64,000 bases of DNA from an uncultured delta proteobacterium (GTDB lineage Bacteria > Desulfobacterota > RBG-13-43-22): assembly GCA_963743305.1 (NCBI GenBank), contig CAVUPH010000034.1, forward strand, positions 22,200 to 86,199, written 5' to 3'. Made by a program: the position numbers and the translations under genes. This document shows, in pieces, positions 21,520-31,936 of this stretch; position 1 is the first letter of the stretch; each line of letters begins with the position of its first letter. The notes beneath the pieces were generated by a model. That model worked only from the letters and a program-made list of their open reading frames with translations, ran no database searches and was not told the DNA's origin.

Positions 21520-22445
21520 GTTATTCCTTCCGTCAGGGCGGTGCTCAGGTAGCGTTCGCCCGTATCCGGAAAAATCACCACGATCAACCGACCCCGGTTT
21601 TCCGGCCTCCGGGCCACTTCCAGGGCCGCCCAGAGAGCCGCTCCCGAGGATATCCCGCAGACGATCCCTTCCTCCCGGGCCAGGCGGCGAGTGGTTTCCA
21701 GGGCCTCGTCATTGCCGACCGGGATGATTTCATCGATGAGGTTAACGTTTAAGACCTCCGGGATAAAACCGGCCCCGATGCCCTGGATCTTATGGGGGCC
21801 GGGCTTTCCTCCCGATAAAACCGGTGAATCCCGAGGTTCGACGGCAATAGCCCGAAAAGAAGGCTTGCGAGCCTTGAGGACCTCAGCCACCCCGGTAATG
21901 GTACCCCCGGTTCCCACCCCGGCGATCAGGATGTCCACCTGGCCCTCCGTATCGTCCCAAATTTCCCGAGCGGTGGTTAGGCGATGGGCTTCAGGATTAT
22001 GGGGGTTTTGAAACTGCTGCGGGATAAAGGAATCCGGATACTCTTGAGCCAATTCCTGGGCCCGCTGAATGGCGCCTCGCATCCCCTCGGCCCCCGGCGT
22101 TAAGACCATTTCCGCACCCATCAGCTTAAACAGCTTGCGCCTCTCGATGCTCATGGTCTCGGGCATGGCCAGGATCAACCGATATCCTCGGGAGGCGCAG
22201 ACGCAAGCCAGTCCGATTCCGGTGTTGCCGGAAGTGGGCTCGATGATCACCGTCCGGGGACCGATCCGATTTTCTTTTTCTCCGGCCTCAATCATAGAGA
22301 GGGCGATCCGTTCCTTGACGCAGCTTAAGGGGTTAAAGGACTCCAGTTTCCCGACCACTTCGGCCAGACATCCGCTGGTTACCCGCCGCAGTTTAACCAG
22401 AGGGGTGTTTCCGATCGTCCGGGTAATGTCTTCAAAAATCCTCAT
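21516..22445 (-). CDS. cysK: Cysteine synthase A
   Basis: [50 protein letters not shown]. Confidence 0.96.
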   Translation of the reverse strand: MRIFEDITRTIGNTPLVKLRRVTSGCLAEVVGKLESFNPLSCVKERIALSMIEAGEKENRIGPRTVIIEPTSGNTGIGLACVCASRGYRLILAMPETMSIERRKLFKLMGAEMVLTPGAEGMRGAIQRAQELAQEYPDSFIPQQFQNPHNPEAHRLTTAREIWDDTEGQVDILIAGVGTGGTITGVAEVLKARKPSFRAIAVEPRDSPVLSGGKPGPHKIQGIGAGFIPEVLNVNLIDEIIPVGNDEALETTRRLAREEGIVCGISSGAALWAALEVARRPENRGRLIVVIFPDTGERYLSTALTEGIT

Positions 22446-22593
22446 TTGATGACTCCTGCTCTTGGGGTGATCATTTCCGGTTTAAGTGGGGGCCCCTTTT
22501 TTCGATAATAATAGTAATGGAGATTGATCCGGCGGTCAAATGGATATTCGTGGCTTGACAGAAAAAGAAAAGGGTTTTATTAATTTAATTAAG

Positions 22594-23526
22594 ATGACCA
22601 AAACAGGATCGTTTCAAATTTTCAACCAAAGAATCACCTATGGGGGGTTGGTTTTCTTCCTTTTCGCGCTGGGCGCCCCGGGCTTGCCCCGCGCCTATGG
22701 GAATACGGCTTTTTCCTGGTCACAGATCCAGGGGGGGGAGTGGTCCTACCGAACCCGAAACCGCGACTCCCTGTATGCCATCGCCGGTCGTTTAGGGCAG
22801 CGCTGGGAATATCTGGCCCGAACCAACCAACTTCAACCCCCCTTTGCGCTCTCCATTGGCAAGACCCTGCGGGTAAACAACCGTCATATTTTCCCTCAAT
22901 CCACCGTTGCCGAAGGGCTGTTGTTGAATCTTCCGGGCCATATGATCTACCTATTCGCTAATGGAAACCTGGTTAAACGGTATCCGGTGGCCATCGGTCG
23001 CCCGGATTGGCCGACTCCCCGCGGCCATTTTACCATTATCGGCAAATTCAAGAATCCCACCTGGACCGTTCCCCAATCCATCCAGGAAGAAATGCAAAAA
23101 GAAGGCAAGCTGGCGGTGGAAAAGGTTCCCCCCGGGCCGGATAACCCTCTAGGAGAGTATTGGTTGCCCCTCTCCGCGGCCGGTTACGGGATCCATTCCA
23201 CCATTTGGCCGGAAAGCATCGGCCACTCGACGTCCCATGGCTGCATCCGGATGCTCCCCGAGGACATTGCCGAGCTGTTTCCCTATGTGAAGTCGGGAAT
23301 TCCCATTTCGATTATTTACGAGCCGATTAAATTGGCGCAGACTCCCGATAATAAAATATTTTTGGAAGTCCATCCCAACGTCTACCAACTGCCACTTTCC
23401 TATTGGGACTATGCCCAGGATCTGGCCCAAAAAAGGGGACTGACCGCTCAGGTGGACTGGGGCCGGGCGGCCAGTGTCCTGGCTGAGCAAACCGGGGTGG
23501 CGGAAGAGATCACTAAAACCAGGTGA
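22594..23526 (+). CDS. L,D-transpeptidase (ErfK/YbiS family) with a LysM-like domain
   Basis: YPVAIGR..TP.G, NPTW, PPGPDNPLG, YGIHST..SHGCIRM; start chosen downstream of TTGACA at 22555. Confidence 0.9.
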   Translation: MTKTGSFQIFNQRITYGGLVFFLFALGAPGLPRAYGNTAFSWSQIQGGEWSYRTRNRDSLYAIAGRLGQRWEYLARTNQLQPPFALSIGKTLRVNNRHIFPQSTVAEGLLLNLPGHMIYLFANGNLVKRYPVAIGRPDWPTPRGHFTIIGKFKNPTWTVPQSIQEEMQKEGKLAVEKVPPGPDNPLGEYWLPLSAAGYGIHSTIWPESIGHSTSHGCIRMLPEDIAELFPYVKSGIPISIIYEPIKLAQTPDNKIFLEVHPNVYQLPLSYWDYAQDLAQKRGLTAQVDWGRAASVLAEQTGVAEEITKTR

Positions 23527-23552
23527 ATCCCCTGCGAACAAATTCAATAAAT

Positions 23553-23581
23553 AGAACGGGGGGCCTTTGGCCCCCCGTTCT
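23553..23581. terminator. Intrinsic terminator between convergent genes
   Basis: Perfect stem AGAACGGGGGGCC-TTT-GGCCCCCCGTTCT. Confidence 0.75.
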
Positions 23582-23630
23582 GCTTGCCGGACCTCGGATA
23601 ACCATCCCGAGATCCTGAATCAGGTTTAAA

Positions 23631-24998
23631 CTACCAGCGCCAGATGAAGTCCGACTGGAATCGCTGGTCCGGATCCCCATTTGGTTTGGACGAAGTCTTG
23701 TTGACCACGTCGGTGATGAAATAGGTAGCCCGGAAGTCCAGGAACTTCAGCAGGCGGTAGGTAAACATGAATTTGTCCCCTTCCCGGTTGGCGAAGTAAA
23801 AGTCGCCGTCGGAAAAGGCCCCCACCACCGCATCGTTCTCGATATAGGAGTGCTGGTAGTAGAACTCCCAGTCCCCGGGTTTTTGCGTTTTGCCGAATCT
23901 GAATCCGGCGTTCCAGGCGGTGTTGTATTTGACTTTATCGGCATTGTTCTTGGAATACTCGCCAAATAGGCGCACAGGGAATTTACCGATTTTAAAATCA
24001 ATGAACCCGATCAGGTCCGTGATCTTGTAATCGAAGGTCAGGACCCCGGCGCTGTTGACGGTGTTTCCGAAGCCCCCGCCGAAGGCCGTGGACCCGATCC
24101 GGGAGCTGCCCAAATCCCGCCAGTCGTAATACGATCCGGCCAGGGTGACTTTAGCCACATCGAAGTCTGATTCGAACCCAAGCTGATAGAGGTACATCAT
24201 CGCATCTGCGCTGGTGGATACCTCGTTGACCACAAACTGGCCCAGGTTGGCAAAGGGTTGAAAGGGTTTAAACTTGCTGAACTTATAGCCTTCATAAAAA
24301 CCTTCTACGGCGGTGTCCGGGTCAAAGAACATATCCGTTTGCACCCAGGGGGGTTTGAACTTTCCACCGTAAAACTGCAGCCCTTCCAACCACTTGGGCT
24401 GGTAGCGGGCATAGGCCAGGAGGATAAAATTCGGCTTTTGGTTAAATTCATTGGTGAAAGTGGCGTTGGAAACCGTGGTGTTATTATCCGTGGTTCCGGA
24501 CAATGGCGAGCTGGAACCGAAGGAGGCCACGGCGTTGAACTCATCCGACAGCTTGGCGTCAAAGACCAGGCGTAGACGGAAGCGGAACTGGTCGCGTTTA
24601 TAGGTCGAAGCTTCCCTAAATTTCGAGGTTTTGGGATCCTGGGTGTAAGTCTTCAGTTCCTGCCGGTCTTCCCAGCGCAGCCGCAAATCCCCGCTGAAGG
24701 TAATTCGTTTGGTCCACTCCGGCAACTGAAATTTGCCGGTTTCTTCCTTAACCTCTTTCTTCACCGAGGCCTGAAGTTCTTCTTTCAGGGAATCGGCCTT
24801 GGAGCTATCCAGTTTGTTGTTTAATTGTTGCTGGAGTTTCTGGATTTCGATCTGCTGGTTCTCAATCACCTTTTGCAGTTTATCGATTTTCTCCATGACT
24901 TCCTGGTTGGACTGGGCGGAACCAGTATCAGTGCCGGCCGTCAGCCCTAGAAAAAAAAGGGCGCCAACCCACCCGATCAAAAATTTTCTTAACTGCAT
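23631..24998 (-). CDS. Putative outer-membrane porin with an N-terminal coiled coil
   Basis: Signal peptide, coiled coil, FSGDLRLR..RFRFRLRL, alternating beta pattern, C-terminal aromatic FIWRW. Confidence 0.8.
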   Translation of the reverse strand: MQLRKFLIGWVGALFFLGLTAGTDTGSAQSNQEVMEKIDKLQKVIENQQIEIQKLQQQLNNKLDSSKADSLKEELQASVKKEVKEETGKFQLPEWTKRITFSGDLRLRWEDRQELKTYTQDPKTSKFREASTYKRDQFRFRLRLVFDAKLSDEFNAVASFGSSSPLSGTTDNNTTVSNATFTNEFNQKPNFILLAYARYQPKWLEGLQFYGGKFKPPWVQTDMFFDPDTAVEGFYEGYKFSKFKPFQPFANLGQFVVNEVSTSADAMMYLYQLGFESDFDVAKVTLAGSYYDWRDLGSSRIGSTAFGGGFGNTVNSAGVLTFDYKITDLIGFIDFKIGKFPVRLFGEYSKNNADKVKYNTAWNAGFRFGKTQKPGDWEFYYQHSYIENDAVVGAFSDGDFYFANREGDKFMFTYRLLKFLDFRATYFITDVVNKTSSKPNGDPDQRFQSDFIWRW

Positions 24999-25050
24999 CT
25001 CTTCTCCTTTCAGATAAATAACTGAACCGTTTCTATTGTTGCGCTAACTC

Positions 25051-25216
25051 AAATTTGATGACCTCGCAAAAAGTCAAAAAACGACTTCCTGCTCGGCGGG
25101 GGATGGTTTCCCCTCCCCCGCCATTTGAAGTGAATTCAAATGGTTCCACCCCTACCTCAGCCCGGCGCTTAATCGCGCTCGGGCTGCTGAGGACTTTTTG
25201 CGAGTCCGTCAAATTT
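25051..25216. repeat. MITE-like element sharing terminal IRs with 6122-6268
   Basis: AAATTTGATGACCTCGCAAAAAGTC ... GACTTTTTGCGAGTCCGTCAAATTT; different internal hairpins. Confidence 0.75.
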
Positions 25217-25430
25217 AACCGGCCACCTTTTTGATCACCCCCTTGCCGGTTGATTAAATCGGCCTGATGATTGAAGCGTGCTATATCAAATTCGAGGCCA
25301 AGAAAAAATTTAGATAACTTATTGATATTATAGGTACGGAGAGTCCTGCGGGAAAAAAGGGGACTGACTTATTAAGATACAGTGTTCCCTAAGATGACAC
25401 AGAAATCGCGGTTCGTCTTCCAGGGCGCTA

Positions 25431-25459
25431 TTGACTTCCATCTTCATTCCCCTTAAACT
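25431..25459 (+). promoter_or_regulatory. Sigma70-like promoter of the kor operon
   Basis: TTGACT-N17-TAAACT just upstream of the first ATG. Confidence 0.55.
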
Positions 25460-25476
25460 TAAGGCTCAGGGCGCCC

Positions 25477-25728
25477 ATGACTGCCATCGAACCCAAACAA
25501 AAAGCTAAGCCCCACCGCGTGAATATTTATAAATCCTGGTGTAAGAATTGCGGGATCTGTACCGCTTTTTGCCCCAAAGGTGCGCTCCAACGAGATGCCG
25601 AGGGTTTCCCCTACGTGGCCGATCCGACGTTGTGTGTCGGCTGCCGGTTATGTGAACTTCGCTGCCCTGATTTTGCCATCGAGGTCCAGGACATTGCCAA
25701 CCCGGACAAAGAAACCCAAACTACCTAA
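25477..25728 (+). CDS. korD: 2-oxoacid:ferredoxin oxidoreductase delta subunit (2x[4Fe-4S])
   Basis: CKNCGICTAFCP and CVGCRLCELRCPDFAI. Confidence 0.88.
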   Translation: MTAIEPKQKAKPHRVNIYKSWCKNCGICTAFCPKGALQRDAEGFPYVADPTLCVGCRLCELRCPDFAIEVQDIANPDKETQTT

Positions 25729-26848
25729 GATAGTCTTCTGGCAGGGAAACCAGGCCATGGTCGAAGGAGCTTTGGCCGCAGGCTGCCGTTTCTTCGCCGG
25801 GTACCCAATCAGCCCGGCCACGGAAATTCTGGAAGGGATGTCCCGGCGGATGCCGGCCCTGGACGGGGTATTCATCCAAATGGAGGACGAAATTGCCGGA
25901 TTGGGGGCGGTGATTGGGGCTTCGCTGGCCGGAGTCAAGGCTATGACCGCCACCAGCGGACCGGGCTTTTCCCTGATCCAGGAAAACTTGGGCTTCGCCT
26001 GTGTGGCCGAAGTGCCCTGCGTGATCATTAATGTCATGCGTGGCGGTCCCAGCACCGGGCTTCCTACCAGCCCGGCCCAGGGGGATGTGCTTCAGGCCCG
26101 CTGGGGGACTCACGGCGATCATCCGATTATTGTCCTTTCGGTCTCCACCACCCTGGACTGTTACCGGGTCACCCATCAAGCCTTCAATTTATCGGAAAAA
26201 TATCGCACTCCGGTCATTATTCTCTCCGACGAAGTAGTGGCTCATACCCGGGAAACCTTCACTACTCCCCATCCGGAGGAGTTGCCGATCTACGATCGCC
26301 TGAAACCGACGGTGCCCCCGGAATGGTTCGTTCCCTACGAGACCAAAGGACGGTTGGTGCCGGCCATGAGCCCTTTCGGGGAAGGCTACCGTTACCACGT
26401 GACGGGGTTGATCCACGATGTCCGGGGCTTTCCCACTAACCGGCCCGAAGAGGTGACCGCCTTTCAAAACCGGCTCCAACAGAAAATCAGCGAAAACCTG
26501 ATGGACATCCTGTGGGTGGAAGACTACCGGGTGGAGGATGCCGAGCAAGTGGTGATCGCCTACGGATCGGTGGCCCGCTCCGCCCTTCATGCCGTCCGCC
26601 TGGCTCGCGAGCGGGGCATCAAAGCCGGGCTCCTCAAATTGATCACCTTGTTTCCTTTTCCTCGGGCGGCCTTGGAGCGGATCACCGGCATCGCCCGGGT
26701 ATTGATTGTTCCGGAGATGAACTGGGGTCAAATATCCCGGGAGGTGAAACGAGTGAACCGGGGTCGGTGCCGGGTGTTGACCCTGAATAAATATGACGGG
26801 ACCCTGATCCAGCCCCGGGAAATCCTGCAGAAACTGATCGGCGAATAG
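25694..26848 (+). CDS. korA: 2-oxoacid:ferredoxin oxidoreductase alpha subunit
   Basis: GNQA..FFAGYPISP, QMEDE, TSGPGFSL, RGGPSTGLPT; probable TTG start at 25694. Confidence 0.9.
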   Translation: MPTRTKKPKLPKIVFWQGNQAMVEGALAAGCRFFAGYPISPATEILEGMSRRMPALDGVFIQMEDEIAGLGAVIGASLAGVKAMTATSGPGFSLIQENLGFACVAEVPCVIINVMRGGPSTGLPTSPAQGDVLQARWGTHGDHPIIVLSVSTTLDCYRVTHQAFNLSEKYRTPVIILSDEVVAHTRETFTTPHPEELPIYDRLKPTVPPEWFVPYETKGRLVPAMSPFGEGYRYHVTGLIHDVRGFPTNRPEEVTAFQNRLQQKISENLMDILWVEDYRVEDAEQVVIAYGSVARSALHAVRLARERGIKAGLLKLITLFPFPRAALERITGIARVLIVPEMNWGQISREVKRVNRGRCRVLTLNKYDGTLIQPREILQKLIGE

Positions 26849-26852
26849 AACC

Positions 26853-27683
26853 ATGGCGGAGATCACCAAACTCATTCACCACTACCTGCGTCACGACAAA
26901 AAATTTCCGCATCTCTGGTGCCCGGGTTGCGGAAACGGAATTGTGCTGGGGGCGCTGATCCGGGCCATCGACGATTTGAAATACGCCAAGGATGAGATCG
27001 TGCTGGTCTCCGGGATCGGCTGCTCGGGACGGATGAGCGTCTACGCCGATTTCAATACCTTGCATACCACTCACGGACGGGCGCTGACCTTTGCCACCGG
27101 AATCAAGCTGGCCAAGCCGGCCCTGAAAGTCATTGTCATCATGGGGGACGGAGACGCCCTGGCTATCGGCGGAAACCATTTCATCCATGCCGCCCGTCGC
27201 AACATCGATCTGACCGCCCTGATCATCAACAACAGCATCTTCGGCATGACCGGCGGCCAGCATTCTCCGGCCACCCCGTACGGGATGCGAGCCACTACTA
27301 CATCCCTGCACAATATTGAACCGGCCTTCAATATCTCCGAACTGGCCGTGACCGCCGGGGCGGTTTTCGTGGCCCGGGGAACGGCCTATCATGCCCAACT
27401 GCTGCACCAACTGCTGGAGAAAGGACTGCGAAAAAAAGGGTTTTCCCTGGTGGAGATTATCACCCAGTGCCCGACCTATTACGGCCGGAAAAACCGCCTG
27501 GGGAGCACGGTGGAGATGATGCAATGGCAGCGGGACCAGGCGGTTCCAGTGGAAAAGGCCGGGGAACTCAAACCCGGAGAGCTGATCGATAAATTTACCA
27601 TCGGGGTGCTGGTGGACAAGGAATTACCGAACTTTGTGGATGAGTATGAAAAAGTGAAGGAATACGCCAAGACCGAAAAATGA
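26853..27683 (+). CDS. korB: 2-oxoacid:ferredoxin oxidoreductase beta subunit
   Basis: WCPGCGNG, SGIGCS, HGRA, TPP motif GDGD..NN..GMTGGQ, CPT. Confidence 0.92.
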   Translation: MAEITKLIHHYLRHDKKFPHLWCPGCGNGIVLGALIRAIDDLKYAKDEIVLVSGIGCSGRMSVYADFNTLHTTHGRALTFATGIKLAKPALKVIVIMGDGDALAIGGNHFIHAARRNIDLTALIINNSIFGMTGGQHSPATPYGMRATTTSLHNIEPAFNISELAVTAGAVFVARGTAYHAQLLHQLLEKGLRKKGFSLVEIITQCPTYYGRKNRLGSTVEMMQWQRDQAVPVEKAGELKPGELIDKFTIGVLVDKELPNFVDEYEKVKEYAKTEK

Positions 27684-27723
27684 CTGAGGCTGGGGTTGTT
27701 TTTGCATTAAGGTGAGGGGGGCG

Positions 27724-28293
27724 ATGTTCTCGAGATATGAAATTCGTTTAAGCGGTACCGGCGGCCAGGGAATGATCCTGGCCGGAATGATCCTGGCCGA
27801 GGCGATCGCCTTCGGGGAGAAGAAGCAGGTGGTCCAGTCGCAGAATTACGGTCCGGAGGCCCGGGGCACCAACAGCCGTTCCGATATCATCATCAGCGAC
27901 CAGGAAATCGATTACCCCAAAGCGCTGCGCCTCGATACCCTGCTGGCCCTGAATCAGGCGGCCTTGGATGAGAATTTCCCGGCCCTCAAGTCGAACGGAC
28001 TGCTCCTGGTTGACTCGGAACTGGTGAAGGAAGTGCCCCCGGTCCCCCATGTGGCCCTTCCCCTGGCCCGACTGTCCACGGAGAGCACCGGACATCCGCA
28101 ATCGGCCAATATGGTGGCTTTGGGGGCCTTGTCCGCTTTAACCGGGCAGGTATCCCTGCGCTCACTGGCCGCTGCCTTAGCCCGCTATTTTAAGGAGGAC
28201 GGTTTGGAGAAAAATATTAGGGCGCTTAAGAGCGGGGCCCGGTACGGGAAGGAACGTTTCTCTGCGGATTCTTCGCCGATCGCTGTTGTTTAA
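27724..28293 (+). CDS. korC: 2-oxoacid:ferredoxin oxidoreductase gamma subunit
   Basis: SGTGGQG, YGPEARG, ANMVALGA. Confidence 0.9.
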   Translation: MFSRYEIRLSGTGGQGMILAGMILAEAIAFGEKKQVVQSQNYGPEARGTNSRSDIIISDQEIDYPKALRLDTLLALNQAALDENFPALKSNGLLLVDSELVKEVPPVPHVALPLARLSTESTGHPQSANMVALGALSALTGQVSLRSLAAALARYFKEDGLEKNIRALKSGARYGKERFSADSSPIAVV

Positions 28294-28978
28294 AAATCGG
28301 CTTCTTGTAGATTTCAGTCAAATTGACGGCCATAGCTTCCAATAACTCTCCGGGCACACCCACAAAGATCTCGTTTTTTCCCAGGGCTTGAGGAATACGG
28401 TCCCCAACTCCGTTTAAGGTAAGGTTGATCTTTTTTTTCAGGTAGGGATAGGCGATAACATCCCCGCAGACCCCCTGGTAACCGGTACCGACCTTTAGAT
28501 TATGACGTTCGCCGGTCAGGTACTGGTTGGCCATCAACAACCACTTGGCTTGGTCGGAAGTGATCCGGAACAAACAGACATCAACGCCCAAGACGGCCTT
28601 TTCCAGAGGACTTAAGACCAGGGCTTGGGTCCGTCCGGGAGGAACCTGGTTTCCATCGGCAAAATACTTCTGAGCGGCCTCCTGGTTCCCAAAAACCCCC
28701 ATTTGAACGGTTTGTTTACGGGCCACTTTTTTCGATTCCTTTTTGAATCCCAAGGCCGTCAGCCCCATGGTGCAACCGATATCGCCCTTGCCGACTAATA
28801 AGCCCTTCCCTTTAAAGGCTTCCATAACCGCGAAACAGATGCTGGGTAACGGTTTCTCCGGCTTTTTAAAGACCACGGGCGTTTCTTCCAAGTTGGTGAT
28901 AATCCGGATAGCCACCGGACCGGATTTGATTCCCAGGGTCTGGCGAAAGATTTTGGCCTGTTCGATCAAGTCTTTCAT
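28226..28978 (-). CDS. DUF169-family protein
   Basis: PVAI..ICFAV..IGC..G..LG, GYQGVCGD, GDR pattern. Confidence 0.65.
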   Translation of the reverse strand: MKDLIEQAKIFRQTLGIKSGPVAIRIITNLEETPVVFKKPEKPLPSICFAVMEAFKGKGLLVGKGDIGCTMGLTALGFKKESKKVARKQTVQMGVFGNQEAAQKYFADGNQVPPGRTQALVLSPLEKAVLGVDVCLFRITSDQAKWLLMANQYLTGERHNLKVGTGYQGVCGDVIAYPYLKKKINLTLNGVGDRIPQALGKNEIFVGVPGELLEAMAVNLTEIYKKPIFKQQRSAKNPQRNVPSRTGPRS

Positions 28979-28996
28979 GAAATTATCAAAGGTCCT

Positions 28997-29311
28997 TCAA
29001 AGTTTTCGTCTTTTCCGAAGTGGAATTATCTTTTTTGATCCGGTCGATTCCGGTTCGGGTTCCGGTTCCTGGATCTCGACCGGCGCAACGACCTTCTCGA
29101 TTCTAATCGTTCGTCCGCCCATGGAAAATTCATTTCCCTGGACATATTCCGATCTTAGGATCCATTCCCCCAAGGTTGGAGGGACCTGGAGAATCAAAAA
29201 TTTTAAACGCAGCCATCCCGGTTTACTATCCGGAATTACGTCCTCAACCCGGCCGAAAAAAGCCGGTTTGCCCTCGATATAGACCAGGATGACATCCCCT
29301 ATATCGGTCAT
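28997..29311 (-). CDS. Conserved hypothetical protein
   Basis: GDVILVY..P..FGRVEDV.PD.KPGW..FSMGG; compact 104-aa ORF. Confidence 0.7.
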   Translation of the reverse strand: MTDIGDVILVYIEGKPAFFGRVEDVIPDSKPGWLRLKFLILQVPPTLGEWILRSEYVQGNEFSMGGRTIRIEKVVAPVEIQEPEPEPESTGSKKIIPLRKRRKL

Positions 29312-29521
29312 GTCGCATCTATTTTGGGTTGTTTTATTTTTTTCGGGAACAAGTCCCGGGTGGAACTAAGAGGTATTACCGAACCACTTCAGGTGAGTTC
29401 TTTTGTACCGCAGTCTGCTCCCAAATGTCAACATCTTTTATCAAACTATTAGTTTCCGGGGGAAAGAAAAAAGCCATTAAGAAAGAATGTCTCCTGCCGG
29501 CAGGGTATAATATACAACGCC

Positions 29522-30328
29522 TTAGTACACATAGATGACAGCAGCCCCGACGGACACCCGCTCGGTGTACTGCCCTTCCAGGTTCAGACGGAATCCTTTT
29601 CCTAGCGGTACTTCGACCCCGGTATATCCTCCGAAGACGGTCTTGTTCTTCATGGTCGTCTCCCCTGAGGCGTAGGCCAGGCCGTCGACGTCCCCGGATG
29701 ACGATACCTTTAATTCCGAATAGTGGACATAGGGCCCGATATACACCTTGAGGCCATCGAGAATGGTGGCTTGAAATCCCAGGCCGCAATTCACCTCCCA
29801 AAAATTTTTAACCGAAAGTTCGACCGAAAAAGGTGCGCCGTTTCGAGTTCCCGAAACGCTGTCGCTGAAGTCACTCAAGTAATAGGTCCCCTGGATAAAT
29901 GCCCCCAGGCCAAAGGTCTTGTTGAAAGGATAATAACCCTTGGTCCCCACCGTGCTGAAAAATATCCGCTGATCTTCAAAGTCCTTTTTGGAGGTGACCG
30001 TCGAAGCAGTTGAGGAGCTGAAGGCATCGATAAGCTTTAAATCCGACATGCCCACTCTGGCGGTGACTTCCCAACTATTTCGAGATCCGTAGCCCAATTC
30101 CGAATAGACCTGATTCTGGCGGGTTGCCTGCTCCGCGCCATTCTTAAATTTATCCTCCTGAAACCAATATCCCAGGCCGGTGTGTAGGCCCCCGGCCTCT
30201 TTGGCCATAGGTTGCGGCGGTCCGAAAGGCCCGCCCGCGGCCGCTCTTCCCGGAATACTCAGCATCACGAAGACGATCATTACGACCACTTTCAGACTTT
30301 TCATAGGAACGCTTTCCCCCTCATTCAT
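29522..30328 (-). CDS. Outer-membrane beta-barrel protein, last gene of the mla operon
   Basis: Signal peptide, amphipathic beta strands, C-terminal YVY; overlaps the mlaA stop. Confidence 0.7.
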   Translation of the reverse strand: MNEGESVPMKSLKVVVMIVFVMLSIPGRAAAGGPFGPPQPMAKEAGGLHTGLGYWFQEDKFKNGAEQATRQNQVYSELGYGSRNSWEVTARVGMSDLKLIDAFSSSTASTVTSKKDFEDQRIFFSTVGTKGYYPFNKTFGLGAFIQGTYYLSDFSDSVSGTRNGAPFSVELSVKNFWEVNCGLGFQATILDGLKVYIGPYVHYSELKVSSSGDVDGLAYASGETTMKNKTVFGGYTGVEVPLGKGFRLNLEGQYTERVSVGAAVIYVY

Positions 30329-31225
30329 TTTTGGGTAGTCCCGAATCTTTGGCGGGATTCTTCCCGCCCTTGCGGTTGACCTTCTTCAGCCGATATTGGA
30401 CATAGGCATCGCGGATGGCCACGTAAGGATCGACGGCGGCCCCTTTGAGGGACTCATAGTCACCGATCCTCAGGGAGGTGTCATTCAGCAGGTCATAGGC
30501 CCTGGTCCCCTCGCTGGCATACCAGGGAGTAAGATAGCTGTAGGGAGTCAGGAAGGCATCCCCAATCAGCCCCAACGTGTCGCGAGGACTGGAAGGACCG
30601 AACACGGGCCAGGTGATGAAAAAATCCTGCCCCCATCCATAGGTACCCAAGGTTTGACCGAAATCCTCATCTTGTTTGGAGAGATTGATATCCTGGCTCG
30701 ATGACGGATCCAATAACCCCCCGACCCCCCAGAGGGTGTTTATCGTGAAACGGCCAAGTTCCGTCGCCGCACCCTTGAAGTTCGCCTGGAGCAGACAATT
30801 AACGAAACGAACCGGGAAGGTTAGGTTCGCAAAGAAATTGCTCACGCCGACACGGGCGGGCTCGGGCACGACCTGGCCATATCCCTGCGCGACCGGTTTG
30901 AGCACCCAGAAGTAAAGCTTGTCGTTGAACTGGTACATGGCCCGATTGAAAGGCTCCAGGGGGTCGGCTATTCCAACCTTGGCCCCTTCGCTCACCTTCT
31001 CCGAAACTTCAATATCGCCATATTCATCGACGTTTTTGGTTTCAGATCCGACCGGCGTCTCCGAGGGCTTTGGAGGCGTCTGCGGGGAACTGGTAGACCG
31101 CCGGATCTGGCTGGGCCTGAGGAGTCTGCAACCGGCGTGGCGAGGGAAACGGCGGGATCAGGACTGTGAGCGCAACCCGCCGCGAATAAAACGAACAGGA
31201 GAACGAAAACTGAGAATCCTTTCAT
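30321..31225 (-). CDS. mlaA: VacJ/MlaA lipoprotein (apparent frameshift in the N-terminal linker)
   Basis: Lipobox LFAAGC in 30992-31225; DPLEPFNRAM, EDFGQTL, GPSSPRD, DPY..IRDAY in 30321-30995. Confidence 0.88.
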
Positions 31226-31313
31226 AAGACGAGCCCCCTCTTCCGCCTTCTCGGGTCATTTAGCCTAGTGGGAGAACATTAATCCCAGCATTCACCATTT
31301 CCCGCGTAAGGCC

Positions 31314-31907
31314 CTATTGCCCCTTCACTTTCTTTCGCAGGATCTCCAGCAACTGTTCCGGCGTATTTTTTGCCAGGATATCATTAAACTGGGTACGATA
31401 ATTTAGAACCAGGCTCACGTTTTCCACAACGACGTCATATACTTTCCAGACGCCGCCCTTCAGCAGCACGCGATAGGTGATAGGAATTTCCTTGGAAGAG
31501 GTAACGATCTTCGTCGGGACCTCGGCCTGGGTGGCCGAGACCATGCTTTCATGCTCAAAGACCACTTTTTCGTTGGTATAGGCCAGGATTTTGTCGATGT
31601 ACGCCTTTTCCAGCACCTCTCGAAAAAGTTGGACAAACTCCTTTCGTTGGGCGGTATTCAGACTGTTCCAGTTCCTGGACAACGTGCGCTTCGACATTTC
31701 GACGTCATCAAACATATTTTCATAGATGAGCCGCAGTTTTTCCTTTTCGGTCTCTTTGGCCGAGGCCGGTTTGAGCTTGGGATCACGCAACACCTCCAGG
31801 ACCTTGTTGACGTTGGTCTGGACCGCCTCCAGCGGCGTACCGGCATATACCGGAAGAGAACCGAGTAACAAGAGGATCAGGCTCATTAGGACGATGTGTC
31901 TTTTCAT
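31314..31907 (-). CDS. mlaC: Periplasmic phospholipid-binding protein MlaC
   Basis: WKVYDVVVENVSLVLNYRTQF; signal peptide. Confidence 0.92.
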   Translation of the reverse strand: MKRHIVLMSLILLLLGSLPVYAGTPLEAVQTNVNKVLEVLRDPKLKPASAKETEKEKLRLIYENMFDDVEMSKRTLSRNWNSLNTAQRKEFVQLFREVLEKAYIDKILAYTNEKVVFEHESMVSATQAEVPTKIVTSSKEIPITYRVLLKGGVWKVYDVVVENVSLVLNYRTQFNDILAKNTPEQLLEILRKKVKGQ

Positions 31908-31936
31908 AACCTTCCTTTCTTAATCCGCCTGGGCGG

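Noticed and set aside
25286-25300. Possible sigma54 promoter for the porin (minus strand TGGCCTCGAATTTGA)
   Set aside because: The -12 element is GA instead of GC; too weak to call
28226-28293. 68-nt convergent overlap of korC and the DUF169 gene
   Set aside because: Involves non-conserved tails; could be stop-codon drift or an indel error
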